Source: Clostridia bacterium (lineage in GTDB: Bacteria > Bacillota > Clostridia > Acetivibrionales > UBA4821). From it: DNA of 64,000 nucleotides. Below the pieces are notes generated by a model. The model searched no databases. It saw nothing but the letters and a program-made list of their open reading frames with translations, and was not told the origin of the DNA. How positions within the stretch are numbered: the stretch's first letter is position 1; each line of letters starts with the position of its first letter. Below are positions 31,333-42,255 of the stretch, piece by piece. Both the position numbers and the translations under genes were made by a program. Location: NCBI GenBank assembly GCA_041687355.1, contig JAWLCD010000001.1:29424-93423 (forward strand). Reading direction: 5' to 3'.

Positions 31333-31347
31333 GTATTTTCATCAGTT

Positions 31348-33198
31348 TTATGCATTTGCAAACAGCTCATCAAATTCCGGCCCCTCAATCTTCTCTCTTT
31401 CAATCAGTGCTTCTGCTACCGAATGAAGCTTGGATATATTCTCTCTTAGCAGGGACTCTGCCCTTTCATAAGCCTTATCAATTATGCCCTTAACTTCTTT
31501 ATCGATTTCAGCCGCAACCTGTTCACTGTAATTTCTTGTTTGAGCAAAATCCTTTCCCAGGAAGACTTCATCCTGAGCCGTACCGAAAGTCATTGGTCCG
31601 AGTTTTTCACTCATGCCATACTTGGTTACCATATTACGGGCAATCTTCGTAGCCCTCTCTATATCATTCTGGGCGCCTGTGCTTACATCATCGAGTACAA
31701 TTTTTTCGGCTACCCTTCCACCTAACATGACAACAATCCTTTCCAGCATCTCAGACTTCGAAATATACTGCTTATCTTCATTGGGTTTATACATTGTATA
31801 TCCGCCTGCCTGCCCCCTGGGTATTATAGATACCTGGTGAATCGGGTCCTGTGTGGGCAGGAATTTGGATACAACCGCATGCCCAGCTTCATGGTACGCC
31901 ACAAGCTTCTTCTCCTTGTCGGTTATTACTCGGCTCTTCTTTTCAGGTCCCATAATAACCTTAACCATAGCATCTTCCATGTCATCCATATTTATCTGCT
32001 TTTTATCTTTTCTTGCTGCCAGCAAGGCTGCTTCATTAAGCATATTTTCAAGGTCTGCTCCCGTAAAACCGGCAGAGTTTTTGGCAAGGGTAGATACCTC
32101 CACATCTTCACCCAAAGGTTTACCCCTTGCATGAACCTTTAGTATCTCTTCCCTTCCCTTAACATCAGGAAGGCCAACTACAACCTGCCTGTCAAATCTT
32201 CCCGGTCTCAGCAGTGCCGGGTCAAGAATATCAGGCCTATTGGTGGCGGCAAGTATTATGACTCCTTCATTGATGCCGAATCCGTCCATTTCAACAAGCA
32301 GCTGGTTAAGTGTTTGTTCCCTTTCGTCATGGCCTCCACCCAATCCAGCTCCCCTATGTCTGCCAACAGCATCTATCTCATCGATAAACACTATGCAGGG
32401 AGAGTTTTTCTTGGCCTGGTCAAACAGGTCTCTAACTCTTGAAGCACCTACTCCAACAAACATTTCAACAAAGTCCGACCCACTGATACTGAAGAACGGA
32501 ACCCCAGCTTCACCGGATACGGCTTTTGCAAGCAGAGTCTTACCTGTACCGGGAGGTCCAACAAGCAGAACACCTTTGGGTATCCTTGCACCCATCTCAA
32601 CAAACTTTTTAGGTTGTTTAAGAAATTCAACAATTTCTCTTAATTCCTCTTTTTCCTCCTGCACACCAGCTACATCATCAAAGGTTATTTTCTTTTTGTC
32701 GTCTGTATTCATTTTAGCCCTGCTTTTACCAAACGACATCACCCTGCTGCCTCCGCCTTGTGACTGCTGCAGGAAAAGTGCCCAGAATACTACAAACAAC
32801 AGCACCAGAACAAGTGTAGGCAAAAAGGTTATCCACCATGGCGGCTGGGGCGGCGGGGAATACGTAAATGCAAATTTCGCATTATTCTCTATCCGCTCAT
32901 TGATTACTGCCATAAATGATGTTACATCAGGAATATCCACAGGATGTCTTATTTCTCTCTCTTCCCCTTTGATCTGCGGATTATCACCTATCTCACCCTG
33001 AGGTTCATTATTAAGAATAACCTCTGCTCTTTCACCATTGAATTCTATTTTCTTTACATTGTTCTCCTTGAGATGGTTCAGGAGGTCAGAATATGACATA
33101 CTCTCCACATCTGTCTGTGAAGAAACCATCAGAATTACAGCCAGTACTATTACTGATAAAAGTAGATAAAAACTTATACCTTTAAAGTATTTTCTCAA
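31348..33198 (-). CDS. ftsH: ATP-dependent zinc metalloprotease FtsH
   Basis: 616 aa with a TTG start after ggaggg. It has two TM helices, the Walker A motif GPPGTGKT, an SRH region and the HEAGH zinc motif. Confidence 0.97.
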   Translation of the reverse strand: MRKYFKGISFYLLLSVIVLAVILMVSSQTDVESMSYSDLLNHLKENNVKKIEFNGERAEVILNNEPQGEIGDNPQIKGEEREIRHPVDIPDVTSFMAVINERIENNAKFAFTYSPPPQPPWWITFLPTLVLVLLFVVFWALFLQQSQGGGSRVMSFGKSRAKMNTDDKKKITFDDVAGVQEEKEELREIVEFLKQPKKFVEMGARIPKGVLLVGPPGTGKTLLAKAVSGEAGVPFFSISGSDFVEMFVGVGASRVRDLFDQAKKNSPCIVFIDEIDAVGRHRGAGLGGGHDEREQTLNQLLVEMDGFGINEGVIILAATNRPDILDPALLRPGRFDRQVVVGLPDVKGREEILKVHARGKPLGEDVEVSTLAKNSAGFTGADLENMLNEAALLAARKDKKQINMDDMEDAMVKVIMGPEKKSRVITDKEKKLVAYHEAGHAVVSKFLPTQDPIHQVSIIPRGQAGGYTMYKPNEDKQYISKSEMLERIVVMLGGRVAEKIVLDDVSTGAQNDIERATKIARNMVTKYGMSEKLGPMTFGTAQDEVFLGKDFAQTRNYSEQVAAEIDKEVKGIIDKAYERAESLLRENISKLHSVAEALIEREKIEGPEFDELFANA

Positions 33199-33363
33199 CC
33201 ATTTCCCTCCATTCTATAGGCTGGAAACTGGAAATCAGAAAACGCAACCTCACTTCCCGTTCCATATTTCCTCGTATATACGGTTATTAGTATATTTATC
33301 ATCTACCTAATACAACACAGTATATTAACATAACAGGTTTGAAAAGACAAGAAATTTCAAATA

Positions 33364-33936
33364 TCAATTTTTTCCGTATACCTCAGGGCTTAATACACAT
33401 ACATCTTCCAGATTACGGTATTTTTCTGCGTAATCCAGCCCATAACCAACTACAAATTCATCCGGTATCTGGAATCCCGTGTATTGTACTGTTATACCGA
33501 TATCCTTGTCTCTCCTTGATGGCTTGTCAAGTGCTGAGCAGATTGCTACACTTCTGGCGTTTCTCTCTAGAAGCAAATCCTTAATATATTTAAGAGTAAG
33601 GCCCGTATCTATGATATCCTCCACCACCAACACATCTTTGCCCCTAATGTCAATTTCTATATCTTTTTTCAGTCTTACATTACCTGAGGAATTGGCAGAA
33701 TCCCCGTAACTGGACACAGAAATAAAATCTGTGGTCACCGGAAGTGATATCCTTCGAATCAGGTCCGAGAAAAAAACTACTGCACCCTTGAGGACTCCAA
33801 TTACAACAAGCTCCTTACCTGTATAATCCTCAGAAATCTTCCTGCCCAGTTCCTTTACCTTTTTTTCCATTTGATCACGGGTTACAATTACCTCTTTGAT
33901 TCCATTAATAAGGTTATTCCCTACTTTCGTATTCAA
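33364..33936 (-). CDS. hpt: Hypoxanthine phosphoribosyltransferase
   Basis: Carries the PRTase motif VLVVEDIIDTG. I place the start at the TTG at 33936, 9 nt after aggagg, rather than at the ORF-track start 33999. This start is nested in the 3' end of tilS and remains uncertain. Confidence 0.88.
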   Translation of the reverse strand: MNTKVGNNLINGIKEVIVTRDQMEKKVKELGRKISEDYTGKELVVIGVLKGAVVFFSDLIRRISLPVTTDFISVSSYGDSANSSGNVRLKKDIEIDIRGKDVLVVEDIIDTGLTLKYIKDLLLERNARSVAICSALDKPSRRDKDIGITVQYTGFQIPDEFVVGYGLDYAEKYRNLEDVCVLSPEVYGKN

Positions 33937-35356
33937 GAACAAGAACCTCCTTTGTTTGATTATTAACTCTATATCTTTCAGAGTACCTTCTTCCAACAAC
34001 CCATATTACTTCATTTCCAACTGCAATGAGAGGTATTACTGACCTTTGTTCCCTGGGAATCTTTTCATCAATAAAGTAATCCTTTAATTTCTTTGTCCCC
34101 TTCATTCCCGAAGGCTTTATTACATCACCATTTCTTCTGTTCCTGACAACCATCTGAGGTTCTCCGGAATCCTCTGTCCTGGGGATTACCTTATTGGCAC
34201 TTAGCATCTGATAATCCAGAAGGCATATATCATGGCTCTTTCCAATTTGTCCAGCCTCTTTCGAATTTACTATCCTGACAGTCAACCGGGCTCCTGTTTC
34301 AGATATTTCAATTTCCCCGGGAATAGGAACAAGATATGAATAATTACTTGTTTCTTTGGCTTGAACATGCGCAGCAATCAATCGGCCGTAACTTATCTTC
34401 ACAATTACATTTCCAGGTATTCTTATCCATCTTCCGGTTTTTTCACATTCAGCAATTCTTAGGGCCTGTTCGATATGGTTCATTTCTACCTCTTTCAGGC
34501 TGCCCTTTACTTTTTCCAATGCAATTCTGAGAACTCTTCGCTTTAGGGCAATATGGAGTGTATTGAGTTTATCAAGTTTCAGTTGAATTGAATCTGAATC
34601 CGAGTATTCAACACATTCCTCATATGACTGTTCTGCAAGTACGCGAAGCAGTTCATTCTCATCATAAATCAGCTGGGATGTCCTGCACAAAGAGTAAAGA
34701 ATTCCTGGGTTGAAATTCTCCTTCAAATACGGTATTAATTGCAGTCTTACCTTGTTTCTGGTAAAGATAGGTTCAGCATTGGTGCTGTCAAATCTCACCT
34801 GAAGAGCGTTTTCCCTGCAGTAAGCTTCAATATTCTCTCTGACTGATTCAATTAGAGGCCTGACTATACTGCCCCTGACCGGTTCTATTCCTTTTAAGCC
34901 TTCAGGTCCACTTCCCCGTATGAGGTTAATCAGCATGGTTTCGACACTATCATTCAGATTGTGACCAACAGCAATTTTATTGGCTCCGGTTTGAGCCAGA
35001 AGTTCATGAAAAAACGCATATCTTGCCTGCCTTCCTGCTTCTTCCACCGTGATTCTTTCTTTTTGCGCAAGTTCTTTAACATCAATAAACCTTGTAAATA
35101 CATGCAGGCCTAAGCTAAAGGCAAAGTCTTCTACGAACCTTTGGTCTTCCTCTGCTTCATCTCCTCTAATCCCGTGATTCAGATGGGCTGCAAACAGCTC
35201 TATCTCAAGTTTATCCTTTAAACTGTTAAGCACATGGAGCATACAAACAGAATCAGGTCCTCCCGACACACCTGCTATCAACTTGTCTCCTGGCTGAAGC
35301 ATGTTGTATTTTTTAATGGTAGCGTAGACGGCATCATCGACACTCAAGTAATCCAC
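33914..35356 (-). CDS. tilS: tRNA(Ile)-lysidine synthase
   Basis: 480 aa with the PP-loop SGGPDS and a TilS C-terminal domain. It sits in the canonical tilS-hpt-ftsH order. Confidence 0.92.
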   Translation of the reverse strand: MDYLSVDDAVYATIKKYNMLQPGDKLIAGVSGGPDSVCMLHVLNSLKDKLEIELFAAHLNHGIRGDEAEEDQRFVEDFAFSLGLHVFTRFIDVKELAQKERITVEEAGRQARYAFFHELLAQTGANKIAVGHNLNDSVETMLINLIRGSGPEGLKGIEPVRGSIVRPLIESVRENIEAYCRENALQVRFDSTNAEPIFTRNKVRLQLIPYLKENFNPGILYSLCRTSQLIYDENELLRVLAEQSYEECVEYSDSDSIQLKLDKLNTLHIALKRRVLRIALEKVKGSLKEVEMNHIEQALRIAECEKTGRWIRIPGNVIVKISYGRLIAAHVQAKETSNYSYLVPIPGEIEISETGARLTVRIVNSKEAGQIGKSHDICLLDYQMLSANKVIPRTEDSGEPQMVVRNRRNGDVIKPSGMKGTKKLKDYFIDEKIPREQRSVIPLIAVGNEVIWVVGRRYSERYRVNNQTKEVLVLEYESRE

Positions 35357-35394
35357 TGGTAATCCTCACTCTGTTTACTTCTTTCAAATCTATA

Positions 35395-36726
35395 TTAATG
35401 AAACTTGTCCAGATTTGCAAACTTTGTATATTGTCCAAGCCACGCCAACTCCACTACCCCTGTAGCTCCGTTTCTATGCTTGGCAAGTATAACCTCAGCA
35501 ATATTTTTCTTTTCAGACTCAGGGTTATAATAATCATCCCTGTAAAGAAACATTACAATATCTGCATCCTGTTCTATTGCACCTGACTCCCTAAGGTCAC
35601 TGAGAATAGGCCTGTGGTCTGAACGGGTTTCAGGAGCTCTGCTTAGCTGTGAAAGCGTAATCACAGGAACATTTATCTCCTTTGCAAGGATTTTTAATGA
35701 CCTGGAAATCTCGGAAATTTCCTGCTGGCGGTTTTCGGTTCTGCCCCTACCCTGCATAAGCTGCAGGTAGTCAATAACAACCAGTCCCAGATTCTTCTCT
35801 AACTTGAGTCTCCTGCACTTAGCCCTGATTTCCATAATTGAAATTCCAGGGGTGTCATCTATGTAGATTGGGGCTTCAGACAGCGGTCCCAACACTCTGG
35901 CAAGCTTGGGCCAATCATCCTCCTCGAGTTTACCTGTTCTAATTCTCTGGCTGTCAACCATGGCTTCGCTGCATAGCACTCTGTTAACCAACTGCTCCCT
36001 CGACATCTCAAGACTAAAAATAGCTACTGGTATACGTGAATGTATTGCCGCATTCTGGGCAATATTCAGAGCAAATGAGGTTTTCCCCATAGATGGCCTT
36101 GCAGCAAGAAGTATCAGGTCTGACGCATGCAAGCCTGAAGTCTTGCTGTCAATATCGGTAAACCCCGTTGGAACACCGGTGATATACCCTTTTGAATTAT
36201 ACAGCTCCTCTAGTTTATCGAATGTCTCTATAAGTACATCCTTTATAGGAAAAAAACCTTGATTCGAACGCCTTTGAATAACGTCAAAGATTTTTTTCTG
36301 GGCCTGGTCAATTATTATTGAAACTTCTTCAGAAGCCTCAAATCCTGCATTAATAATCTCGCTTGAAGCCTTGATAATCCTTCTCAGTATGGATTTCTCT
36401 TCAATTATTCTGGCATAATGCTTTACGTTAGCAGTTGTAGGCACCATATCTACAACATTAGACAGATATTCAATGCCTCCAACGCTATCCAACGTACCTC
36501 TGATTCCCAACTGCTCCTTAACACTTATTATATCTACAGGTTTATCCCTTTCAAACAGGTCAAGAACTGCTTCAAATATTTCCCTGTGGTCCTGCCTGTA
36601 GAAATCGTCAGGTTTAAGCAGCTCGGTTACTACAGGTATTGATTCTCCATCGATAAGTATGGCACCAAGCACCGATTGTTCTGCTTCAATATTGTGCGGC
36701 GGAACTCTTCCTAATAAATCTTCCAT
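35395..36726 (-). CDS. dnaB: Replicative DNA helicase
   Basis: 443 aa starting PPHNIEAEQSVLG, with the Walker A motif ARPSMGKT. Confidence 0.95.
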   Translation of the reverse strand: MEDLLGRVPPHNIEAEQSVLGAILIDGESIPVVTELLKPDDFYRQDHREIFEAVLDLFERDKPVDIISVKEQLGIRGTLDSVGGIEYLSNVVDMVPTTANVKHYARIIEEKSILRRIIKASSEIINAGFEASEEVSIIIDQAQKKIFDVIQRRSNQGFFPIKDVLIETFDKLEELYNSKGYITGVPTGFTDIDSKTSGLHASDLILLAARPSMGKTSFALNIAQNAAIHSRIPVAIFSLEMSREQLVNRVLCSEAMVDSQRIRTGKLEEDDWPKLARVLGPLSEAPIYIDDTPGISIMEIRAKCRRLKLEKNLGLVVIDYLQLMQGRGRTENRQQEISEISRSLKILAKEINVPVITLSQLSRAPETRSDHRPILSDLRESGAIEQDADIVMFLYRDDYYNPESEKKNIAEVILAKHRNGATGVVELAWLGQYTKFANLDKFH

Positions 36727-36798
36727 AACAACTCCTCAATTCTCTATGCACTCAAACCTTCAAATTTAATGCCGGAACCTGGATATATTTAATTGAAC

Positions 36799-37245
36799 CT
36801 ATTCCAATTCAACGTTCACCTTAAATTTTGATGTGACTCCCTCATAAAGCTTTACTTCAACCTCTTCTGTTCCCAGGCTTTTCAAAGAATCATTCAAAAG
36901 AATTTTTCTTTTGTCGAGATTTATTCCGTGTTTAGTTTTAAGATTGTCGGCTATATCCTTGGACGTAATTGAACCAAAAAGTTTTCCGTTATCTCCGGCT
37001 TTCGCCTTTATAGTTACGGTAATCCGGCTAATCTTCTCAGCAAGTTCCTTTGCGGATGCAATCTCTTTATCCTTTCTTGCCTTTTCGGCAGCTTTCCTCT
37101 GGTTAAGTGTATTCACGTTGGATTGGCTGGCTTCAACCGCAAGCTGCCTGGGCAGGAGGAAGTTTCTTGCATACCCGTCACTTACATTTATCAGGTCTCC
37201 CTTCTTCCCTTTCCCTTTTACATCTTCCTGCAGAATCACTTTCAT
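36799..37245 (-). CDS. rplI: 50S ribosomal protein L9
   Basis: 148 aa starting [17 protein letters not shown]. Confidence 0.95.
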   Translation of the reverse strand: MKVILQEDVKGKGKKGDLINVSDGYARNFLLPRQLAVEASQSNVNTLNQRKAAEKARKDKEIASAKELAEKISRITVTIKAKAGDNGKLFGSITSKDIADNLKTKHGINLDKRKILLNDSLKSLGTEEVEVKLYEGVTSKFKVNVELE

Positions 37246-37309
37246 ATCCTAACCTCCTTCTATTAACTAAAAAACCCTTATTATTCTCAAATACCCTTTA
37301 TGGCGGCAA

Positions 37310-39313
37310 TCAATTTTCAACCGTCTTCTGTTCATCAATATACTCAGATATTTTCTCTTTCAGTATTTCCTTGGCCTCTTCTATATCTACATCGGTCAAC
37401 TGAGCTCCTGCAAGTGTAATATGCCCTCCACCGCCCAACTTTTCAAGGATTACCTGTACGTTAATGTCTCCAAGGGACCTCCCACTAATGGACACAGAAC
37501 CATTAGTGCGGCACAATACAAACGAAGCGGTAATACCACTTATGCCGAGCAGCTCATCCGCTGCCTGTGCGGTGATAAGAGGGGCATTCTTGGTGTGGTC
37601 GGGGCACACTGATATCGCTATGTCACTCACTATTTCTGCACTTTTAACCACTTCCGCCCTTGCTATATAAGTATTAAGGTCATTCTGAAACAGCTGTTTG
37701 ACAGCAATGGTATCAACGCCAAATCTTTTGAGAAATGTTGCTGCTTCAAATGTCCTTATTCCCGTCTTGAACGTAAAATTCTTGGTATCTATAACCATAC
37801 CAGCATACAAAGCCTCAGCTTCGAGCAGGCGAAGCTCAATTTTTCCCTCATGGTATTGAACTATTTCGGCAACAAGCTCACAAGCAGATGAAGCATAGGT
37901 CTCGTGAAATGATAAGACTGGATCGCTTATAAAGTCGGTTCCCCTTCTATGATGGTCTATAACCACCACCTTATCGGTAAACTTTAATAATTCCGGGCAC
38001 TCTGTCAGGGATGGTCTGTGCGTATCAACAACAATAAGAAGTGTGTTCTTTCCTACCCTGTCAATTGCCTCATTCTTATTTATGATAACTCCTTCATATT
38101 CCTTGTCTTTATTCATCTTTTCAATTACGCTGTCAATCATTACATTTGAACTGTTCAATACAATGTACGCCTTTTTGCCGTTGCTCCTTGCAAGCCTTAA
38201 CAACCCCAAGGCTGCACCTATTGAATCCACATCGGTATTCACATGTCCCATTATCATAACCTGTTCAGACTGATTAACCAATTCTCTGAGGGCATGTGCA
38301 ATAACCCTTGCTTTAACCCTGGTTCTTTTCTCTACTTCCTTGGTTCTTCCACCATAGAAGCTAAACTTGTCCCGGTTCTTAACCACCACCTGGTCTCCAC
38401 CCCTTCCAAGAGCAATATCCAAGGATGCAAGGGCAAAACTCAGGTTCTCTGAAAAACTTTCAGCATTCATCCCTATCCCTATACTTAACGTAACCGGTAT
38501 CTTATTTCCTATATCAATTTCCTTTATGGTATCAATTATCTCAAATTTCTTTTCCTCAAACTTTGCAAGAAACCTGGTCTCAAAGAAAAAGAGGTACTTA
38601 TCCCGCTCGAACTTCTTTAGTATACCTCCTGAGGGAGAAGTCCAGGAACTTACTTTCCTATCAATTTCGGCCAGTATCTGAGGTTTAACTGCATCATCAG
38701 TATTCTGCATAAGTTCTTCATAATTGTCCACAGTTATTATCGCTGTAACCGGTCTGGTATGCTCAAACTTTTGCTGGATATTTTTCTGTTCGGTCTGGTC
38801 AAGTAGATAGAGCATAGCAATGTATCTGGGCTTACCTCCTGCCTTCTCAAGATTTACGTAGTTCCCCACAACCCAGTAGTGCCGGTCTCCTATGGTCAGT
38901 GCTGCAGATACATTTTTTTCAGGCAGTATCTCTTCATCATCAAACAGGCCTTGAAGCATTTCTTTCACTGGTTTAGCATCATCATCTTCTTCAATAACCT
39001 TGGAAAATAGAGAATTATACCAGATTATTTCTCCCGTTGGCTCTGCAACCAGAAGAGGAAGTGGAAACCTTAATAAAGTATCCTTTGTAACCGAGTCAAT
39101 ATCAAATTTCAGGTTTTCAAGATACCTGACTATCTGTTTCTTCCTTAAATTATTATCACTTAAAGAATATAAGAGGACTACCCCAAAGATAACAAATCCC
39201 GGGATTATCATTACAGGTTTCAGGAAACCAATTACCAGGACAAGGCAAAAAATGCATGCCAGGTATATGGTTACTTTTGGGAGAAAAAGTCTCGAAAATC
39301 TAAGGTTGTTCAT
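37310..39313 (-). CDS. gdpP: Membrane-anchored DHH/DHHA1 phosphodiesterase of the GdpP (YybT) type, putative c-di-AMP phosphodiesterase
   Basis: 667 aa. It has two N-terminal TM helices, a PAS-like region, a degenerate GGDEF-like region, the DHH motif (VVIDHHRR) and the GGGGH motif. The gene is adjacent to rplI-dnaB. Confidence 0.85.
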   Translation of the reverse strand: MNNLRFSRLFLPKVTIYLACIFCLVLVIGFLKPVMIIPGFVIFGVVLLYSLSDNNLRKKQIVRYLENLKFDIDSVTKDTLLRFPLPLLVAEPTGEIIWYNSLFSKVIEEDDDAKPVKEMLQGLFDDEEILPEKNVSAALTIGDRHYWVVGNYVNLEKAGGKPRYIAMLYLLDQTEQKNIQQKFEHTRPVTAIITVDNYEELMQNTDDAVKPQILAEIDRKVSSWTSPSGGILKKFERDKYLFFFETRFLAKFEEKKFEIIDTIKEIDIGNKIPVTLSIGIGMNAESFSENLSFALASLDIALGRGGDQVVVKNRDKFSFYGGRTKEVEKRTRVKARVIAHALRELVNQSEQVMIMGHVNTDVDSIGAALGLLRLARSNGKKAYIVLNSSNVMIDSVIEKMNKDKEYEGVIINKNEAIDRVGKNTLLIVVDTHRPSLTECPELLKFTDKVVVIDHHRRGTDFISDPVLSFHETYASSACELVAEIVQYHEGKIELRLLEAEALYAGMVIDTKNFTFKTGIRTFEAATFLKRFGVDTIAVKQLFQNDLNTYIARAEVVKSAEIVSDIAISVCPDHTKNAPLITAQAADELLGISGITASFVLCRTNGSVSISGRSLGDINVQVILEKLGGGGHITLAGAQLTDVDIEEAKEILKEKISEYIDEQKTVEN

Positions 39314-39357
39314 ATCCTATTATCCACCTTTGCAGGGTAGTGTTTCTTTCGCTATAC

Positions 39358-39708
39358 TTAACCTTTCTCTTCAGAAGCTCGATTATAACTCAGGTGATGA
39401 GAAAGCTCAGATAAGTCGCCATAGTACTTCTCAACATCATGTTCCTCTATGATGCCCAGTCTGATTTTTTTCTGAATTTTTAGCTCAAGTGCATTATATG
39501 CAATTCCCAATCTTCTGGCCAATAAATATGTAACTATAATAATGTTGGACACTGCATCGGCGGCTGCGTCCCTGACTTCCTCTTTTGCACCATTCACCAT
39601 ACTTTTAAACAGCAGTGCAACATCAGCCAGAAGCTGGCTCTTAAGCCAATCCAGTATCTTTATATTCCTGGTGATATCAATATCGGACTCTTTTCTATTG
39701 CCTGTCAA
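39358..39708 (-). CDS. Small helical hypothetical protein (possibly MazG-like fold)
   Basis: 116-aa ORF with coding-like composition, tightly packed between pheA and gdpP. The family assignment is from memory only. Confidence 0.4.
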   Translation of the reverse strand: MTGNRKESDIDITRNIKILDWLKSQLLADVALLFKSMVNGAKEEVRDAAADAVSNIIIVTYLLARRLGIAYNALELKIQKKIRLGIIEEHDVEKYYGDLSELSHHLSYNRASEEKG

Positions 39709-39742
39709 ACCTTATCCATCCTTCCCATTTAATTTGGATAGT

Positions 39743-40570
39743 CTAATTCAAGCGCGGGTATGAACCCAACAATCTGAAAAAGGAAGTCTTCCTATCCACC
39801 ATTGTCAATGCATCCCTGATGTCCGGTTCGTCTTTATAACCCTCTATATCTACAAAGAATATATATCTCCCTAACTGGTTCTTTGCCGGCCTGGATTCAA
39901 TCCTGGTAAGGTTTATATCCCAGAGATTAAAAATGTCCAGAACTCTGTAAAGACTGCCGGGCTTATCCTCAGTTGAAAATACAATAGATGTTTTATTATA
40001 GGCACAAGTTCTCTCTGAATCCTCTAGTGCCACAACCACAAATCTGGTCGCATTATTTATATCGTCCTGTATACCTGTATAAACCTGAACCAGGTCATAA
40101 ACTTCTCCAGCTTTAGGATTTGCTATAGCCGCCCACTTTTCCTGTGACTGGGCAACCTGTTTTGCTCCTTCTGCCGTGCTCAGCGTATACCTGGTTTCCA
40201 CACCGGGAAATTCTGCCTGCAAGAATTTACTGCACTGAGCCAGGGCCTGCGGATGTGACAGTATTAACTTTATCTCCTGTTTCAAGGTCTCTTTCCTTGA
40301 CAACAGGCAGTGTCTTACCGGAAGGATAATTTCACCCTTTATTTTTAATTCAGTATTCTCTGCTAGTATATCAAGAGTGACATTTACCGAACCTTCTATG
40401 GAGTTTTCTATGGGAACCACAGCACAGTCAACTTCTTTGGAATGGACATGGCTGAGAACATCATAAATGGTAGGACACTCAACCTGCATACACTCCCCCA
40501 TATTTTCAACCAATATCTCTACTGCTTCCTGACAGTAAGTGCCTGACGGCCCCAGATAACCTACTTTCAT
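39743..40570 (-). CDS. pheA: Prephenate dehydratase with C-terminal ACT domain
   Basis: 275 aa. It begins with a PDT-type N-terminus (KVGYLGPSGTYCQEA) and contains the TRF and ESRP motifs (TRIESRPAKN). Confidence 0.9.
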   Translation of the reverse strand: MKVGYLGPSGTYCQEAVEILVENMGECMQVECPTIYDVLSHVHSKEVDCAVVPIENSIEGSVNVTLDILAENTELKIKGEIILPVRHCLLSRKETLKQEIKLILSHPQALAQCSKFLQAEFPGVETRYTLSTAEGAKQVAQSQEKWAAIANPKAGEVYDLVQVYTGIQDDINNATRFVVVALEDSERTCAYNKTSIVFSTEDKPGSLYRVLDIFNLWDINLTRIESRPAKNQLGRYIFFVDIEGYKDEPDIRDALTMVDRKTSFFRLLGSYPRLN

Positions 40571-40662
40571 ATTTACCTCTTTCCGAAGAATGGTTACTTA
40601 TAGTATTGGGTGTTAAGGGAACACACCAGTTGTTCCCGCAATATGTCCTCTTTACAATGGAA

Positions 40663-40691
40663 ATTGTATAACCGCTAAAAATTATTGTCAA
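40663..40691 (-). promoter_or_regulatory. SigA-type promoter upstream of pheA
   Basis: The minus strand has TTGACA (40691-40686), a 17-nt spacer and TACAAT (40668-40663). A 7-bp hairpin gggaaca/tgttccc follows in the leader. Confidence 0.55.
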
Positions 40692-40733
40692 CCTTTATTC
40701 GGTCCACTGCCTGAACGGTACTGCTAGTTGTAT

Positions 40734-41375
40734 CTACTTCATTGATTCAATCAACTGCCGCGCTTTTTGAGCCGCAGAACCGGCATCCTTTGCATAGACA
40801 TCTGCACCAATTTGTTTCGCAAAGCTTTCGGTTACGGGAGCACCTCCCACCATTACTTTTACATTTTCTCTTATTCCGGCTTTCCTAAGTTCTTCAATAA
40901 CTACACGCTGTTGGAGCATAGTTGTTGTCAGTAGAGCAGACAGAGCTAAAACCTGAGCTTTACTTTGCCTTACTGCTTCCACGAATTTATCTGCTGGAAC
41001 ATCCACTCCCAGGTCAATTACTTCAATACCCGCACCGACCATCATCATACTTACCAGGTTTTTACCTATATCATGCTGGTCCCCCTTCACTGTACCGATA
41101 ACTGCTTTTCCCACAGGCTTCACTCCTGTTTTTTCAAGGACTGGTCTCAGACAATCCAGAGCAGACTGCATAGCCTTTGCAGCCATAATTACCTCGGGTA
41201 AGAAAATATCCCCTTCTTTGAACTTTTGTCCGACTTCCTCCATTGCAGCAATCAGGCCTCTGTTGAGGATATCTTCAGGTGGTATTTGTTTTTCAAGTGC
41301 TTCTACTGTCTTTGATTGAACCAGCTTCGCATTTCCAGCCTGTAAAGCCGTCAGAATTTCATTTAATATTATCAT
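40734..41375 (-). CDS. Cobalamin (corrinoid)-binding protein, MtaC/MtbC-like, with no adjacent methyltransferase
   Basis: 213 aa. It has an N-terminal helical cap domain and a Rossmann B12-binding domain. The motifs are DxHxxG (DQHDIG), SxL (SALL) and GG (VGGAP). Confidence 0.8.
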   Translation of the reverse strand: MIILNEILTALQAGNAKLVQSKTVEALEKQIPPEDILNRGLIAAMEEVGQKFKEGDIFLPEVIMAAKAMQSALDCLRPVLEKTGVKPVGKAVIGTVKGDQHDIGKNLVSMMMVGAGIEVIDLGVDVPADKFVEAVRQSKAQVLALSALLTTTMLQQRVVIEELRKAGIRENVKVMVGGAPVTESFAKQIGADVYAKDAGSAAQKARQLIESMK

Positions 41376-41478
41376 ATTACCTCCGGATACACATAAGGGC
41401 GACCCGTCCGGCCACCCCTATTACTGCTGCATGTAAAACTATCCTGATGTATATCGGCACTATGCACCATCAGCCTGC

Positions 41479-41739
41479 TTATTCTGCTGTGTATGGCAGA
41501 AGTGCAATATGTCTCGCTCTTTTGATTGCTATGGTCAACTGACGCTGGTGCTTTGCACAATTACCGCTTATTCTTCTCGGAAGAATCTTACCCCTTTCGG
41601 ATATAAACTTTCTCAGTCTTCCTACATCCTTATAATCAATACTTTCAACCTTATCTATGCAAAAGGAACAAACCTTTTTCTTTACCCTTCTCATTCTCGG
41701 GTTTCCAGAACCTCTATCCGAGGAATTTCTTTTTGGCAT
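41479..41739 (-). CDS. rpsR: 30S ribosomal protein S18
   Basis: 86 aa containing [33 protein letters not shown]. Confidence 0.95.
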   Translation of the reverse strand: MPKRNSSDRGSGNPRMRRVKKKVCSFCIDKVESIDYKDVGRLRKFISERGKILPRRISGNCAKHQRQLTIAIKRARHIALLPYTAE

Positions 41740-41765
41740 AAACTCTCTCCTTTCAAGTTACACTG

Positions 41766-42194
41766 CTAAAACGGCAAATCATCATCGTTTACAACTGTAA
41801 ACAAATCATCATTCTGGCCTGAGCCATCATTATCCTGGGATTTACTTCTGTCTTCATCCTTTCTCTTGGAGTCGGCAAAGTATGCTTCGTCGGCAATTAC
41901 CTCAGTGATATAGTGCCTTTTATTTTCATTATCATCCCATGTTCTGGTCTGAAGCCTGCCGCACACTACTACCTGTCCACCCTTTGTAAAGTACTTGCTG
42001 CAGAACTCTCCAAGTTTACTCCATGCAACAATAGGAAAGAAATCAGTCTGCCTTTCTTCTCCCTGTCTTGCAAATCTCCTGTCAACAGCAAGAGTAAAGG
42101 AGCAAACAAGCGTATTGTTTGTATTCGTATACCTGACTTCAGGGTCTTTTGTTAACCTGCCCATTAGCATTACTTTGTTTAACACAGAATTCAC
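41766..42194 (-). CDS. ssb: Single-stranded DNA-binding protein
   Basis: 142 aa with an OB fold (GRLTKDPEVRYT) and the acidic tail DDDLPF. Confidence 0.95.
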   Translation of the reverse strand: MNSVLNKVMLMGRLTKDPEVRYTNTNNTLVCSFTLAVDRRFARQGEERQTDFFPIVAWSKLGEFCSKYFTKGGQVVVCGRLQTRTWDDNENKRHYITEVIADEAYFADSKRKDEDRSKSQDNDGSGQNDDLFTVVNDDDLPF

Positions 42195-42255
42195 ATCCCC
42201 TAATTACAAAATGTATTCTTTGAGCTTCGAATAAGAACTATAAAAGGGTATTCCC

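Noticed and set aside
41376-41478. Possible cobalamin riboswitch in front of the corrinoid-binding protein gene (and in the nrdD leader, 48187-48377)
   Set aside because: The spacer is only 103 nt. Neither region contains a B12-box or the conserved GCCACTG core. The CCACTG at about 40700 is isolated and on the wrong strand.
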